This document shows positions 1-13,953 of a stretch of 64,000 bases of DNA, piece by piece. The position numbers were made by a program, and so were the translations under genes. The notes under the pieces were generated by a model that saw only the letters and a program-made list of their open reading frames with translations, had not been told where the DNA came from and searched no databases. Source of the stretch: Stegostoma tigrinum (Eukaryota); contig NC_081392.1 in NCBI RefSeq assembly GCF_030684315.1, positions 744,001 through 808,000 on the forward strand, read 5' to 3'. Numbering within the stretch: the stretch's first letter is position 1; each line of letters begins with the position of its first letter.

Positions 1-189
1 TTGGCTAATCCATCTAAACTGCACATCTTTAGATTTGGGGATGAAACTGGAACATCTGGAGGAAATCTATGCAGATGCAGGCAGAACATACAAAATCCAC
101 AGACAGGTACTTGCCTGAGGATGGAATCGAAAATGAGCCCTTAGGGCTGTGAGGCAGCAGTGCTGAGCCACCATTCCACTAGATTGCTG

Positions 190-3112
190 GTGCCAAGCGT
201 TTGTGGTTGAGGCAGTGGATGTTTGTAGATGTGGTGCTAGTCAAGTGGATTGATTTATCTTGGATAGATTCGAGTTTCTTGAGTGTACTTGGAACTGCAC
301 CCATCTACACAAGCATGGAATATTCCATCACACTCTTGACTCATACATTGTAGCTGGTGGGGCAGATTTTGTTGAGCCAGGAGATAAACTGCTCTCTGCA
401 GAATTTCTAGCATCTGACCTGCTCTTGTAACCATTGTGTTTACAAGGTGAGTCCAGTTGAATTTCAGGTCGATACTAACTCCAAGTATGTTGATAATGGA
501 GGATTCAGTGATGATAACACCGTTGAATGTCACAAGGCAGTAATTAGATTGTCTCTTTTTGGAGATGGTTGTGGCATTGCATTTGTTTTGCTTGAATGTT
601 ACATGTCACTTGTTAGATCAAGCCAGGAAATTGTCCAGGTCTTGTTGCATTTCAACATGAACTGTTACAGTATCTCAAGACTTGCAAATGGTATAATAAC
701 CAGTTAATATCCCCACTTCTGACCTTATGATGGAGGGAAGATCATTGATTAAGCAGCTGAAGTTGTTTGGGACTGGGACAGTATCTCTGAGGAACTCCTG
801 AAGAGATATCCTGGAGCTGAGATGACTGACCTCCAACAACCACAACCATCTTCCTATGTGCCAGGCATGACCTCAACAATTTTAGAGATTTTTTTTCCGA
901 ACTCCATTGATGCCAGTTTTACTAGGGTTCCTTGATGCCACACTCAGTCAAATGCAGCTTGATGTCAGGTCTGTCATTCTCACCTCATCACTGGAATTCT
1001 GATCTTTTGTATGTGTTTAAACAAGGGTTGTAATGAGGTCAGGAGCTGAGTGGCCCTGGCAAAACCCGAATTGTGTTTCACCAAACGGGTTATTGCTAAA
1101 CAGATGCTGCTTGAGAGCGCTGTTCATAACACCTTCCATCACGTCACTTATGATCAAGAGTATACTGATGGGGCAATAACTGACTGGATTTTGTGTACAA
1201 GACATAACTGCAAATTTTCCACATTGCTGGGTAGATGATAATCGTAGTTGGATTGGAACAGCTTGGCTAGGAGAGTGGCAAGTCCTAGAGCATGTCTTCA
1301 GTACATTGCCGAAATATTGTCAGAGTCCATAGCTGTTGCACTATCCAATGAATCAATCTGTTCCTTGATACCCTGTGGAGTGAATTAAATTGGCTGAAGA
1401 ATGGTATGTGTAATGCTGCGCACCATTAGAGAAGGTTGAGATGGATCATCCATTTGGCACTTCTAGCTGAAAATTCCTGTAAATGCTTGAGCTTTTCTTA
1501 TGCTCTGATATACTGGGATCTTCCAACATTAAGCTTTGGAATATTTCTGAAGGCTCCTCCTTTAGCGAGTTATTTAATTGTCCACCACCATTTATGACTT
1601 GTGGCAGGACTGCAGAACTTAGATGCTTATGCTGTTTAGCTAGCATATGCTCCTGTTTTGTAGCTTCACCAGGTTGACACCTCATTTTTGGGTATGTCAG
1701 GTGCTGGTCCTGGCATGCCATTCTACACTCTCTATTCAACTAGACGATGGTATTGGTTGAGTGGCACAAATGCCGGGCCAGATTGTGCTGGAGTACAATT
1801 CTGCTGCTGATGGCCCACAGTGCCTCATGCTTGCCCAGTCTTGAGTTGCTAGATCATTTCAAAGTCTGTCCCATTTAACACAGTGATAGTACCATACAAA
1901 ACAATGAAGGCAATTCTCAGTGTGAAGGCAGGACTTTGTTTCCACAAGGACGATGTAGTGATCATTCTCATCAATAATGTCATGGATAAATGCATTTGTC
2001 ACCAACAGATTAGTAAGGATAAATGAAGTATGTTTCGTTATTTTGTTGGCTCTCTCACCACCTGCCACAGACCCAATAAAACAGCAATGTCTTTAAGACA
2101 TGACCAGCTTGATTAGTAGTGCTGTTGCAAAGCCGCAGTTGCTGTTGGACATTGAAAACCATTAGTGTATATTTTGTGCCCTTCCTCACCTCAGTGCTTC
2201 CTCCAGATACTGTTCAACATAGAGAAGTGTTGCCTCATCAGCCAACAGACAACAGTATGTGGTTATCAGCAAGAGGCTTCCTTGCCCATCTTTAACCTGA
2301 AGGTTAAAGGGGTTTTGAGAGACAGGGCCTGAATTCATTGGATCCAGAGTCAATGCTGAGGACTCCCAGAACAACCTCCTTACGACTATATGCTATTGTG
2401 CTACCATCTCAGCTGGGCCTGTCATGACAATGGGACAGGACATATCCATGGACGGCGATGGTAATACAATGGTGAGTATAGGTGCCTTCTCAGAAGTTGA
2501 CTTGGGTTTGATTCTTAGCCATTGCACAGTTCCTGATTGGAGGCAGCACATTGGCTCAGTGGTTGGCAATGCTACCTCACAGCGTGAGGGACATTGGTTC
2601 GATTCCACCCTCAGGTGACTGTGTGGAGTTTGTACATTCTTCCCGTGTCTGCATGAATTTCCTCAGGTGCTGCAGTTTCCTCCAACAGCACAAAGATTTC
2701 TGGGTTAGATGGATTGGCCATGCTAAGTTTCCCATTATATCCAGGGATGCGCAGGCTATGTCAATTTGCCAGTGGAAATGCGGGGTTACAGGGGATAGGG
2801 TGGTGGGGTTTGAGTCTGGATGGGATACACTTTGGTGGGTCAGTGTGAGTTCAACGGGCTGGATGGCCTACTTCTATTTTGTGAGGAATTCTCTGACTGC
2901 GAGGAATAATTCCATGCATATTATTATGTCCGGATATTGCTTGAGTAGTTCGTGACACACCTCTCCCAATTTTGGCACTAATCCCAAGATCTGAATAAAG
3001 AGGACTTTGCGGAGTTGACAAAACTGTTTCTGCCGTTGTCTTTTCTGGTGCCTAGGTCAATGCCAAGTTGTCCATCAGTTTCATTTCTTCTTTATAGCAA
3101 TTGATACAACTG
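190..3112 (-). mobile_element. Degenerate CR1/L2-group LINE (endonuclease-RT), interrupted by a SINE
   Basis: RT fragments (NPVSYCPISIL..QFGFCQGHSAPDL) and endonuclease fragments with many stops. Confidence 0.8.
2541..2895 (+). mobile_element. HE1-like tRNA-derived shark SINE
   Basis: GGCAGCAC..GGCTCAGTGGT A-box, TGTGTGGAGTTTG..TTCTCCC core. Many copies in the window. Confidence 0.8.
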
Positions 3113-4443
3113 AGTTATATGAGCGTCAGTGGTGGGTAAGTTATTGATGGGGATTCTAAGAGATGGGACCCACATGCAAGACTGATTAGGAATAGTCAAC
3201 ATGGCTTTGCAGATGGGAAACCATTTCTCACAAATTTAATTGATTTTTTTGCAGAGGTGACCAAGAAAATAGATGAAGGCAGAGTGGTAGCTGTTGTCTA
3301 CATAGACTTTGGCAAGGCTTTCCACAAAGTTCTACATGGTAGACTGGCTGGTAAGGTTAGATCCATGGAGAGCTACCCAATTGGATACAAAATTGACTCG
3401 CTGGTAGGAGACAGAGTGGTGGTAAAAGGTTGTTGTTCAGACTGGAGGCCTGTAATGAGCAGTTTGCCACAAGGATTGGTGCTGGGCCCACCGTTGTTCA
3501 TCATTTATAGGAATGATTTGGATGACAATACAAGAGGCATAATTAGTAAGTTTGTGGATGCCGCCAAAATTTGTGGTATAGTGGACAGTGAAGAAGGTTA
3601 TCTAAGAATACAGTGGGATTTTGATCACCTGAGCCAGTGGGCCAAGGAATGGCAGATGGAGTTTAATTCAGATAAATGTAATATGTTGCAGTTTGGTAAA
3701 ACTTACGCAGTTAATGATAGGGCTGTGTGGAGTGTTGTCAAACAGAGAGACCTTTGGCTACAAAAACATAGTTCCTTGAAGGTGGGGTCACAGGTACACA
3801 AAAATGGTGAAGAATGCATGTGGCACACTCATTGATCAGAGCATTGAGTACAAGAGTTGGGACATTATGTTATGGCTGTACAAGACATTGTTAAGGACAC
3901 ATTTGCAGTACTGAATATATTTCTGGTCAGCCTGCTATAGGAAGGACAGTATTAAACTGGAAAGGGTGCAAAAAGGATTTGCAAGGATGTTATCAAGGCT
4001 GAAAAGTTTGAGTTATAAGGAGAGGCTGGATAAGCTGGGACATTCTTCCCTGGAAGATAGGAGGCTAAACTTTGAAGAGATTTAGAAAATCTTGAGGAGC
4101 ATAGATAAGGTGAATAGCCAACATCTTTTCTGTGGTGTAAGGGAGTCTAAAACTACACAGTGAGAATTTAAGGTGAGAGGGGAAAGATTAAAAAGGGACC
4201 TGAGGGGTAAGTTTTTCACACAGAAGGTGGTGCATATATGCAACGAGCTGCCAGAGGAAGTGATAGAAATAGGTACAATTTTAACATTTAAAGAACATTT
4301 GGACAGTTATAGAGATAGGAAAGGTTTGGAGGCATATGTGTCAAATGCAGGCAAACAGGATAAGTTCAGTTTAGGAAATCTGGTTGACTTGGACCAAGAG
4401 GCCTGTGTCTGTGCTGTATATCTCTATGAATCTATGGCTCTAT
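3112..4443 (+). mobile_element. 5'-truncated CR1 LINE
   Basis: RT motifs VYIDFGKAFHKV, PQGLVLGP, KFVDA; (TCTATGA)n-type tail. Confidence 0.88.
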
Positions 4444-4929
4444 AGGTGGCTTGCCAGACCATGTTAGAGGACAATTGAGAGACACCCACCTTGCTGTGTG
4501 TCTGGATTCACATGACAGACACGTGAGAATTTTGATTTTTATTTTGTTACACATTTTAAAATTTGTCACCATGAAATGTACCCTTTTGAGTAATTTAAGA
4601 AGATGGATAAAAAGAAATATATAGCTTAAAGTCCATCAATACTGTTCCAGCTCATCAGCATCAATGACACCTGCACCACCATTCCTCCACAATTGTTTTG
4701 CTGCCATCTACACCGGACCCAACCAACATCAAAGTAGCTAATGCTCAGGCACCATCTTTGCCACTGGTCAGATACTCCTCTGTCATCGCCTCATCGCTGC
4801 CTGCGAGGGATCCACCAACGTCAGAGCCTAGTTTCTCACTGCTGGGCTGACCTTATTGATGTTGCCATGATGGTCTTCTACCATTGCTTCACTGCCACCA
4901 GTGCCTGATGCAGCCAACAACAAAGTTGC

Positions 4930-5680
4930 TGATCCTTAGATGATCAATGAATCAATTTTCTAGAGGGGTAGAAGCATTTCCCACCTCAGACTGTTCAGCA
5001 GTGACCACTGCTCGAATAATGTTAGAGGTAATTGCCCAGTGGGAAATACCATTACAAATATTTTCAGATTAGGGGACACATTTTGCAGGGAAAGTAATCA
5101 ATGAAGTTTGTAAATACCTGACTGTAAAGCAAGCACATTCCAAACGATCTGCAGTGTTCAGGTGTCATTGAACAAATGAACCAAACCTGAAAGAAAGCCT
5201 AGCTAAAGCCATTCAGGACACCAGAAAAGAATGGGTGATTCATCACCAGATATTCTGATAAACCCAATAGGATGAAAGACTTATCCCATATGAGTTAATG
5301 ACTGGAAAGTCTATGATACTGCCAGGGGACATCATTATAGGAAGTGAGGAGATAGGGCCAATGAGAGACAGATTAAAATAGTTTATAAGAGAATTGCACA
5401 AAACAACATGCAGATTAAGATAGGAAGTCAGAGACTTGCAGTTAATATGTGATATGCAGGGATATAACAGGACCAAGCAAGCCAAGGTGCCAGGGGCCGG
5501 GAAGGAAGTGATGGTTATCATCTGACAAGACTGGACACACATTTAAATGGCTAAGACTGTTCAAGACTGTTATGACCAGTGACGAATGTGCCTGTGTGGA
5601 TACAAAAGGCAGAAGGCGGTGGAAGCCTCAGTCACAATTGAAGTGCTGTGCAATTGATCATGAGCTACAGGACTAAAGTC
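4930..5680 (+). mobile_element. Degenerate retroviral-type integrase remnant
   Basis: FSRGVEAFPT..EVIAQWEIPLQIFSD*GTHFAGKVINEVCKYL..SGVIEQMNQT. Confidence 0.75.
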
Positions 5681-8600
5681 ACCTGGCCATTTACAACTGG
5701 GGTGATATTCTGTTCAATTTGAAAAGTGCCAGAAGTCATTTTAACTATTGAAGGACTGTTGATCTTAGCCATGTGAGCAGTGACTGATACCACAAAGTGA
5801 GGACTGCAGACCCTTGCATGAATAGAGTGATAAAGCTACACAGCATGGAAACAGACTCTTCAGTCCAATTCATCTACACTGACTAGATATCCTAAACTGA
5901 TCTTGTCCAGTTTGTCAGTATTTAGCCCATATTCCTCTAAACCCTTTCTATTCAGGCACTCAACCAGATGCCTTTGAAATTAAATCTTGTAATTATACCC
6001 ACGTCCACCACCTTTTCTCCCAGCTCCTTGCATACACACACCACCTTCTGCATGGAAAAGTTATTCCTCAGGTTCCTTTAAATCTTTCCCCTCTCACTTT
6101 AAATATTGAACACTACAATAGGAGAAAGGATTGGGAAGAGGAGTTTAAATTTATTTATATAAAAGGATGGGCCTGTTTATATGGGATGTTTGATAGATTT
6201 TCCCATATTGCAAGTTCCTTTCTTTCCCATATTGCAAATGCCAGTCGGTCTAAACATTTCTAGTCTAAATATACCCTGCCCGAATGGTGTTCATCCCACA
6301 CAATAGACCTATATGCGTTCTCTCAGTGCAATGCAGTGTTTTGCTTGGGCTTGATGTACTTGGTTTTGCTTTTTTGCCCTCCAACATGGTGTGCTTGGCC
6401 AGCTGCATGGGCAGTGACAGGCGTATGGCAGTCTGGATCTATCTGGAGCTAATGGTGCTGCACTTGTTGTAATGGGCCATGATGCACATGGCCTTGGAGG
6501 AGTTGCTGGTGTCAGGGTAATACATGATCTTGATAAGCCATTGAGGACTGAAGCAGCTCAGTTCAGTGAATGCGGTCACACCCAATGGTTACGCCTTAGC
6601 TTCTGAGCGGAAAGTTAAGTCCAAATGCAGTTTGATGAATCACATTGTACCCATTTTAAATTAAGTTATATCCATAGTTAATTCTTTCAATCTGGTAGCC
6701 ATGGACCAGAAGGTCTGATACTGAGCTCTCAGTTTAGGACAATCATAACAGAAGGGCAAATAATTCAAGGCATGCAGCTAAATGCAAACCAGGGTCTGAG
6801 AAAATGGATCCAAATCTGACCACTGTGTTGAACCACCATGCATGAAGTATTAATAATTTAATCAAGTTAGAGAAAAGCATCTTGGATGTTGTCCTCAGCA
6901 CCTATAATTTGTAGCTTCTTAAACAAACTGGGAAAATCAAAGATAACAAGGTGTAGACCTGGATGAACACATCAGGCCAAGCAGCATCAGAGGAGCAGGA
7001 AGGCTGATGTTTCGGGCCTAGACCTTTCTTCAGAAATTTCTTCTGCTGTTCATCCAGCTCTACACCTGATTATCTCAGATTGTCCAGCATCTGCAGCTCC
7101 TGCTATCTCTGAGAAAATCAAAGGCAGATTAATGAAAACAAAAACAGAAATAGCTGGAAAATTTCAGCAGGTCTGGCAACATCTGTGGAGAGAAATCAGA
7201 GTTTCAGATCCAGTGACTCTTCTTCAGAATGTCTGAAGCTATACGGAGTAGAAAATATTAGGATAATTACTTTAGGTATCATAATGTGACATCATATGCT
7301 GCAGGTACAGAGGATTTGTGGAACTGGGACTCAAACATACAAATTTACCCATGTATATGTATCATCTCACATGACTTAATAAAATAAGATTCCAATAGTC
7401 ATGCACATGTCTTTCCTCATTTCCTGTACAAGAAAGGAACAAAGAAGTGGCAGTGGTAAGTCAGATTTAGAAATTGGAGTAATAAGGTAATGGACTATAT
7501 GCCTGAAATAAAGGATTGATTCATACGGATGATCTAATCACCCAGGGTCAATGGGAGCATACTAATGAAATTGGCCATGTGAGTGGAAACAGGGAGTCGT
7601 GGTGAATAAAATCAAAATAGAAAATGCTGGCACCGTTCCTGGTGAGGAATAATCTTTGGATAGAGAAACAATGTTAACATTTTAAAATTCTTTGACCTCT
7701 CAGCAAAGCTGAAACCATAACTCTACATACCATAGAGTTATAGAAGTGTACAGCACAGAAAAAAGACCCTTTATCCTATCACATTCACATCAGTCAGAAA
7801 TGCCTACCATTAGAGGGAAATTTAGGTACAAGTTAACCATTGAGTCCAACATCAGTGGGAGAGAGATTATTGGACAAAACAGTGAAGGGAATACCTAACC
7901 TCCATTTACATTGAAAAGGTTGGAAGACGAATAGTCAGCATGGATTTGTCAGAGAGACAATTTGTTTAATGACACTGATGGAATTTTTTGAGGAAGTAAC
8001 CAAATGTTTGAACCACTTGATGTAGTTTATATGGATTTTAGCAAGCCTTCTGGCAAGGTTCCACATGGGAAACTGTTAAAGTAATGGGATCAAGTGTAAC
8101 TTGCCAAGATCCAAAGCTGGTTTAGTGATGGGGATGAATGTTAATTGTTGAAGGTTATTTGTTTTTCAGCAATACAGATTGCTTTAATCCTTTTCTGCCT
8201 TGTCTTTAATGGTACATAATGAGGCTCCTTTACTCCCATTGCATGAACAATATCACATGTTTTTTTTCATTACATTCAAAACACTTTATAACATCCAGCT
8301 TCCCTTCAGTTTTATCACCAGGATGCTTCTTGTAGACATTCTTCTTACTTTGTCCTCCCATATTTATGGGCAACAGAGCATAATTGCAAAAAGAAAAGAA
8401 AATTAGAGTATCTCTCAAAAAAGACTTCACAACAAAGCACATGAGTCAACTGAACATGTGATGTTGCCAAGGAGACTCCATTGGCATCAACATTGTATTC
8501 CTCTGTGCACCATGACACTTAAAATGTTGGGGATGGAGTTGCATTATGGCCAACACACGTATGTGAAAGCTTGCATCTTACAGACAGAGTTCACCTATTC

Positions 8601-10777
8601 ATTAATCATGTTACAGCCAATTTGCATTGATGAAACATGCATAACAGCAGAAAGGACTGCATCTCTCAGCCAGGGCTCCCTGATTGGACTAGGTTGAAAG
8701 CTACAATCTGAAAACTCATTCTGTGAGGTCCATCTGGCTGACCTTGTTACAATTACTACGTCTGCCTCTCTAATTACAGATTAATTTTGTCCCTCAGAAT
8801 TGCTTCCAATATGTTCCCACCACTGAGGTTGGACTGACTGGCCTATAGTTTCCCTTGCTCTTTTCTTGGATGATGTTAACATATTGGCTGTCCTCCAATC
8901 CTTTGCCGCCTCTGTTGTGGTAGAGAGGAACTGAAATTTTTTTGAAAATTCCCCTGCCAGTTGCTCCCTTTCCTCACTCCATAACCTGGGATACATTTCA
9001 TCCAGACCTGAATGTTTATCAACTTTTAAGCATGCCGGGACACTCAACCTGCTCTCTGTCAATGCTATGATTTCTGAAGAAGGGCCTGGGCCCGAACCGT
9101 CAGCCGTCCTGCTCCTCTGATGCCGTAGTTCATCCAGCTCTCCACCTTGTTATCTGTGTATGCAAATTTCTTTTGTGGTATTACTGACCCTCTCCCTAAT
9201 TTTAATATGCATTTTGCCCCTCAAGTGTTGACTGGTATTTTGAATACTTCCAGCATTATCTGTGCCTGTCGTAAATGTCCAACTCCCACCATAATTTGAA
9301 TTTGTATTGCTGGAGCAGCCGCCGATGGATACTACTATTTGCCATGCATTTAAACAAGGAACAAAGAACAGTCCATCACAGGAACAAGCCCTTTGGCCCA
9401 CCAAGATTGCACCAACAAATGATGCCTTTTTAAACTAAAAATCTTTTCCCAACATGGTTTTTGTCCCTCTATATCCTATTTATTCATGCATCTATCTACA
9501 TGCCTCTTAAAACATTGCTATTGTATTTTTCCAACACCTTCTCCAGCAGTGCAGTCCAGGCACTTACCAACCCCTGCGTAAACAAAAGACTTGCCTCTCA
9601 CATCTCATTTAAACTGACCCTCTCTTAACTAACACATATGTTCCCCCATTAATTGACATTTCTATACTGGGGGAAAAAATAACAATCCATTCTGTCTATG
9701 CTCTCATAATTTTGTAAGCTTCTATCAGGTCGTTCGTCAGTCTCTAACGTTCAAGTGAAAGCAAAACAAATTTATCCAATCTCTCCTCATTACTAAAACC
9801 AAGTTTGTCTAATCACTCCTCTAATCACTCCTCATAGCTAATTTGTTCAACGCCTGTGTCGTTGGTTCACAGATAACCTGCAAGCGTCTTGGACCTCTTG
9901 GACCTCGTTCTGGCAGCTTTGTAGGAATACATCGTGTTCTTCCTTGTTGCAGACGTGGTATCTGGGGAGAAGAATCGCATCTCCGAATTTCCAACAGTCA
10001 GTTAAACACAGAAAAAACATGTGCTGTTAGTACTGCCACAATACGAAACACATTTTTCACAATCATAGATCCATACGTGATTGTTGTTAAATGGCAACAA
10101 ATTGCTTTGATGTAATTAATGGAACCAACGTATTCAAAACATCACAGGAACCCCAATTCAATTATCTTTTGACATGAGACAAGTAATCCACAGCTCAATC
10201 AGTTTGAGTAACATCTCAAAGAAGAATGGAGAAGTGTGGATTTTAGGGAGATTACACGGAGAGGAAACACGGTTGATTAGATTAGCTTACCTACAATGTG
10301 GAAACAGGCCCTTCGACCCAACAAGTCCACACCGCCCCTTGGAGCATCCCACCCGGACCCCAAACCCAACAAACCACACACCCCCGAACACTATGGGCAA
10401 TTTCGCATGGCCAATCCACCTAGCCTGCACATCTTTGGACTGTGGGAGGAAACCCACGCAGACACGGGGAGAGTGTGCAAATTCCGCACAGTTAACCGCA
10501 TGGTTGGGAAAGAGAATGACGATGTGTTTCAAAGCAATTGCGCCACTTACCGTCCATCTCTCGCTAATGCAGCTAACACTTCGGCTGAAGTCATGAACCA
10601 CAAAGAAGGCGTTCCCTCTACATAGCTTTTTTTTCGAATTGTGGATTTCAAAAGTAACTTTTTAGCTGGAAGAGAAAAAAATTGTCAACCAGATGGGGAC
10701 TTTCGACCAGTTCGAAGCTGTGTAATTAAGTCATTAATTGTGTCTCAGTTAGTTATTCTATTGTTTCTGAATCAAAT

Positions 10778-11030
10778 TCTACCAGGTTTATGGATAATGG
10801 GAACTGCAGATGCTGGAGAATCCAAGATAACAAAGTGAGGGCCTGGGTGAACACAGCAGGCCAAGCAGCATCTTAGGAGCACAAAAGCTGACGTTTCGGG
10901 CTTAGACCCTTCATCAGAAAACCTCAATGATGAAGGGTCTAGGCCCGATACGTCAGCTTTTGTGCTCCTAAGATGTTGCTTGGCCTGCTGTGTTCATTCA
11001 GCCCCACACTTTGTTATCTACCAGGTTTAT
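10778..11030. mobile_element. Penelope-derived fold-back insertion with 14-bp TSD and hammerhead motif
   Basis: Inverted arms centred near 10922. TCTACCAGGTTTAT duplicated at 10778-10791 and 11017-11030. Intact CTGATGA..GAAAC-GTC on the - strand at 10890-10917. Confidence 0.8.
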
Positions 11031-13019
11031 ATTCTATTTCGGAAACGTCATCTTAAATATACGCTGAAGTATCTACTACAGTAGGATAGAAATACACATT
11101 GCTGAATGGATTTCACTGAATGAGAGCTGTTTGTTTGAGGGGAAGTACAGAGAGAGAGAGTGTGAGAGCTGCACTATCGAAGAGCTGGCTTTGACAGAGC
11201 GCTGAAGTAGGAATTTCCAGTACTAGGAAGATGCGATCTTTCAGAGCGTCAGCATTGAGAGATCTGTACAATTGTGGGTCAGCATAGAATGGACACCATG
11301 CTGCGACAGTAATAATGCAGCACTGCAATTTCAAGTATCAATCCTGTAGGAGCGCAGCACTGTTATCACTTTTTCTAGTAAAGAAAATAACCAATGGTTG
11401 TTTTAGGAGGGCCGCCACACACCCAATGGACAATAATGTAAAAAATAGTGAAGTACTCCCCGTGACCTGAACCAATTGCAAAGACTTTGACTTTGTCCAT
11501 GTTTAATCTTGATACAAGGCTCCCAATCACTCCCAGTGGTAGCCAGTTGCGCGTTCTCTCTTCTATTTGGTTAAAAAAAGACTTCTCTCCAGACTGAAAG
11601 TATCAATGAATTCGAAACATTAATTATACTTTCTTTGCCGAGTTTCTGTAGTTTGTTTTTGTTTTTTTTTGTTTTCCAACATCCTCGATTCTTAGTTTTA
11701 TTGAAATTATTGGTGGCTATGTTTAGAGTCTCCAAATTCTGGATCCCCACAAGTGGAAACATTTTCCCTCCATGTACCGTGTCAGAGGATTTCAGCATTT
11801 TAACGAGATCTATTAGGTCGTCACACCACCTAGCGAACAGAAAATAAAGAAGTTTACAGTTTCAGTCTGTCTTTACTTCCCCGCCGGCATTACATCTCGT
11901 TATAAATATTTTCAGCACATGCTCCAAAGCCTCTATATCCCTTTCGTAAAATTGATGAGATTTATGCTCACGAATTCTAAATGCACTGGTTTAGTAGAAT
12001 TGCTGACAACAGCCAACAGCTCTGTTGTGTCCGGAGAACATCGGGAAGGATTGAAAACGGAAAAAGAAAAATGTATTTAGCTCAGTAACTTCACCATCAC
12101 CTTCCTATGCAAACGTTTATAGCCCTTATGACACTTCTTCATTAAAAGTTTTCTTTTCTTGGAAGGTCTGCAACTTGAAGGATCATGCTACATTTGATCG
12201 TATTTCAAACAGTAATAGGATGTGGTAGGTTTTGTGATTTCAGATGCACGTGTACGATGACTTAGACATTTTTGAAACGACATCATAAAAAAAACAGTGC
12301 CCCGTGTATCAGCAGAACACGTGAACAATTAAATTTTGGAGACATTGGGGCTTAGTAGAGGTGACAGTGGGCATGATTTAATCGGTAAACTACTTGTATT
12401 CCATTTGAGGGAATTTTCAGCAAGTTGTAGATGAAATGAGGGCACTATGACAGAGGAAGAGAAGACGACATGAGAAACACGAGAGAAGGCCTAAATAATG
12501 GTGGAATAAAATGACAAAAAATGGAAGAAAGAATAATAGCTGAATGACCTCCTCCAGCTCAATATGTAACAGGTAAAGATCCTGTCAAAAGGACCAAGGG
12601 AATGAATGCCTACTCCTTGCTTCCTATGCACCTCCCTAAATGGGATGGAATGGCAAGCTTCTGTTCCCCGGAAAAGACTCAAGATGGGCTAAATTCCTGC
12701 TATTCCAGGTAATGGGTCCAGTGGGGTGAATGGGTCTCCTGTTGCTGTGTAACAATTTCTGGGCAGTGAACAATCTCCAATTTCTTTGAAGTTGGGATGA
12801 ATAACTTAAATGGTCCTCCGTCAATTCCCATGTCACTAGTACAACTGGATGAATGGTCTCCTCCTGTTTCCATCTGTTGAGTTCCAGGCAACGAATGATC
12901 ATCAGCTGTTTCCATACAATAAACCGAGGCGCTGAATGGCTTCCTATCACGTCCGAAAGACTTTTTACTCGTTTTCAAGACCTCAATCCCATATCAGATC
13001 ACGATCTGAAAAGGCGGGG

Positions 13020-13047
13020 CCTTTTTGTATGAGATTAAATTACTGTG
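13020..13047 (-). other. 5' D-beta 12-bp-spacer RSS
   Basis: Nonamer CCTTTTTGT (13020-13028), 12-bp spacer, heptamer TACTGTG (13041-13047), as read on the + strand. Confidence 0.95.
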
Positions 13048-13060
13048 GGGACAGGGGGGT
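13048..13060 (+). CDS. TRBD: TCR beta diversity segment (D-beta), GGGACAGGGGGGT
   Basis: Near-identical to the conserved vertebrate D-beta1 core GGGACAGGGGGC. Open in all three frames (GTGG / GQGG / DRG). Flanked by a 12-RSS and a 23-RSS. Confidence 0.97.
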
Positions 13061-13099
13061 CACAGTGATATATTGTAATTCAGTCTCTGTACAAAAACC
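13061..13099 (+). other. 3' D-beta 23-bp-spacer RSS (perfect consensus)
   Basis: CACAGTG (13061-13067), 23-bp spacer, ACAAAAACC (13091-13099). Confidence 0.98.
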
Positions 13100-13905
13100 T
13101 CCCTTGTCTTTCGGGGTCATCAGAAAAGCAGAGACAAGGGCTGGAAAGCGCTGACATCCTGTGGCGATAATGAAACCAGCTGGTTCTTTTTCACCTTAAT
13201 ATGCACTTGATTTGCCTGTGAAGGACTTTTTTTTTAAAGGTTATAAGGTTCATTTTGTGCCATGTATGGAAATGCCGAACACTCTTCGCCCTCAAAACCT
13301 CTCCAGCGCCATGACCGATATTTACTTTCATTCCACATTTAAAATGGAAATCAGATAAGTCAACGCAAGTATATTTGAGTGATTTCTTGGCATAATTCGA
13401 TTCCGGCGTCACCCTATAATGCTCACGTTAGGAAAATATTTTATCGCGTTTAACCTGCTTTGTATATCAGTTTGATGAATTAATCTATTTCTGAGACGGA
13501 ATTGGTCATTTTGAGTTACAAAGGATTGCTCTTTCATCTTCCAGCACAATAAGGCGTATTTAAAGGATGGCTATTCCAGTTGGTTCATTACAAGAGGGAT
13601 GACTTGGCAGTACTCTGAACACAGTTTTATATCCCCTTCGCTAACCGTTAATTGCAATCATAAGAGTTAATATAGAGACTATTGTTTAAAATCTGATTCC
13701 CGGGGATCAGAGCTCAATCATTCCGGACAAATTGAAATCAATTGATGAGGATTGAACCATAAAGAATCATGAAGATCAACATGGAGTCGTGCAGTCTACA
13801 ATGAAATTCAAACAGTTATTTGCGGCATTACACGGATTGGATACAGATTACAGTGGAAAGAAGTGGCAAATCTGAGGCTTTTAAAGATGCTGTAGTGTCA
13901 CTGTG

Positions 13906-13953
13906 TGACCGATCCGATTTACTTTGGGCAAGGGACGAGACTAACAGTTTTGG
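13906..13953 (+). CDS. TRBJ: J-beta 1 (TDPIYFGQGTRLTVL)
   Basis: FGxGT motif. Heptamer CACTGTG at 13899-13905 with a degenerate nonamer. Phase-1 donor G|GTGAGT. Confidence 0.95.

Larger units (their letters stand above)
12900..13185 (+). promoter_or_regulatory. Candidate D-beta germline promoter elements
   Basis: GC box AGGCGGGGC abutting the 5' nonamer. E-box 12903, Ets/GATA 12940-12949. On the 3' side, ACATCCTGTGGCGATAA (Ets-Runx-GATA, 13154-13170) and E-box 13177. Confidence 0.45.
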
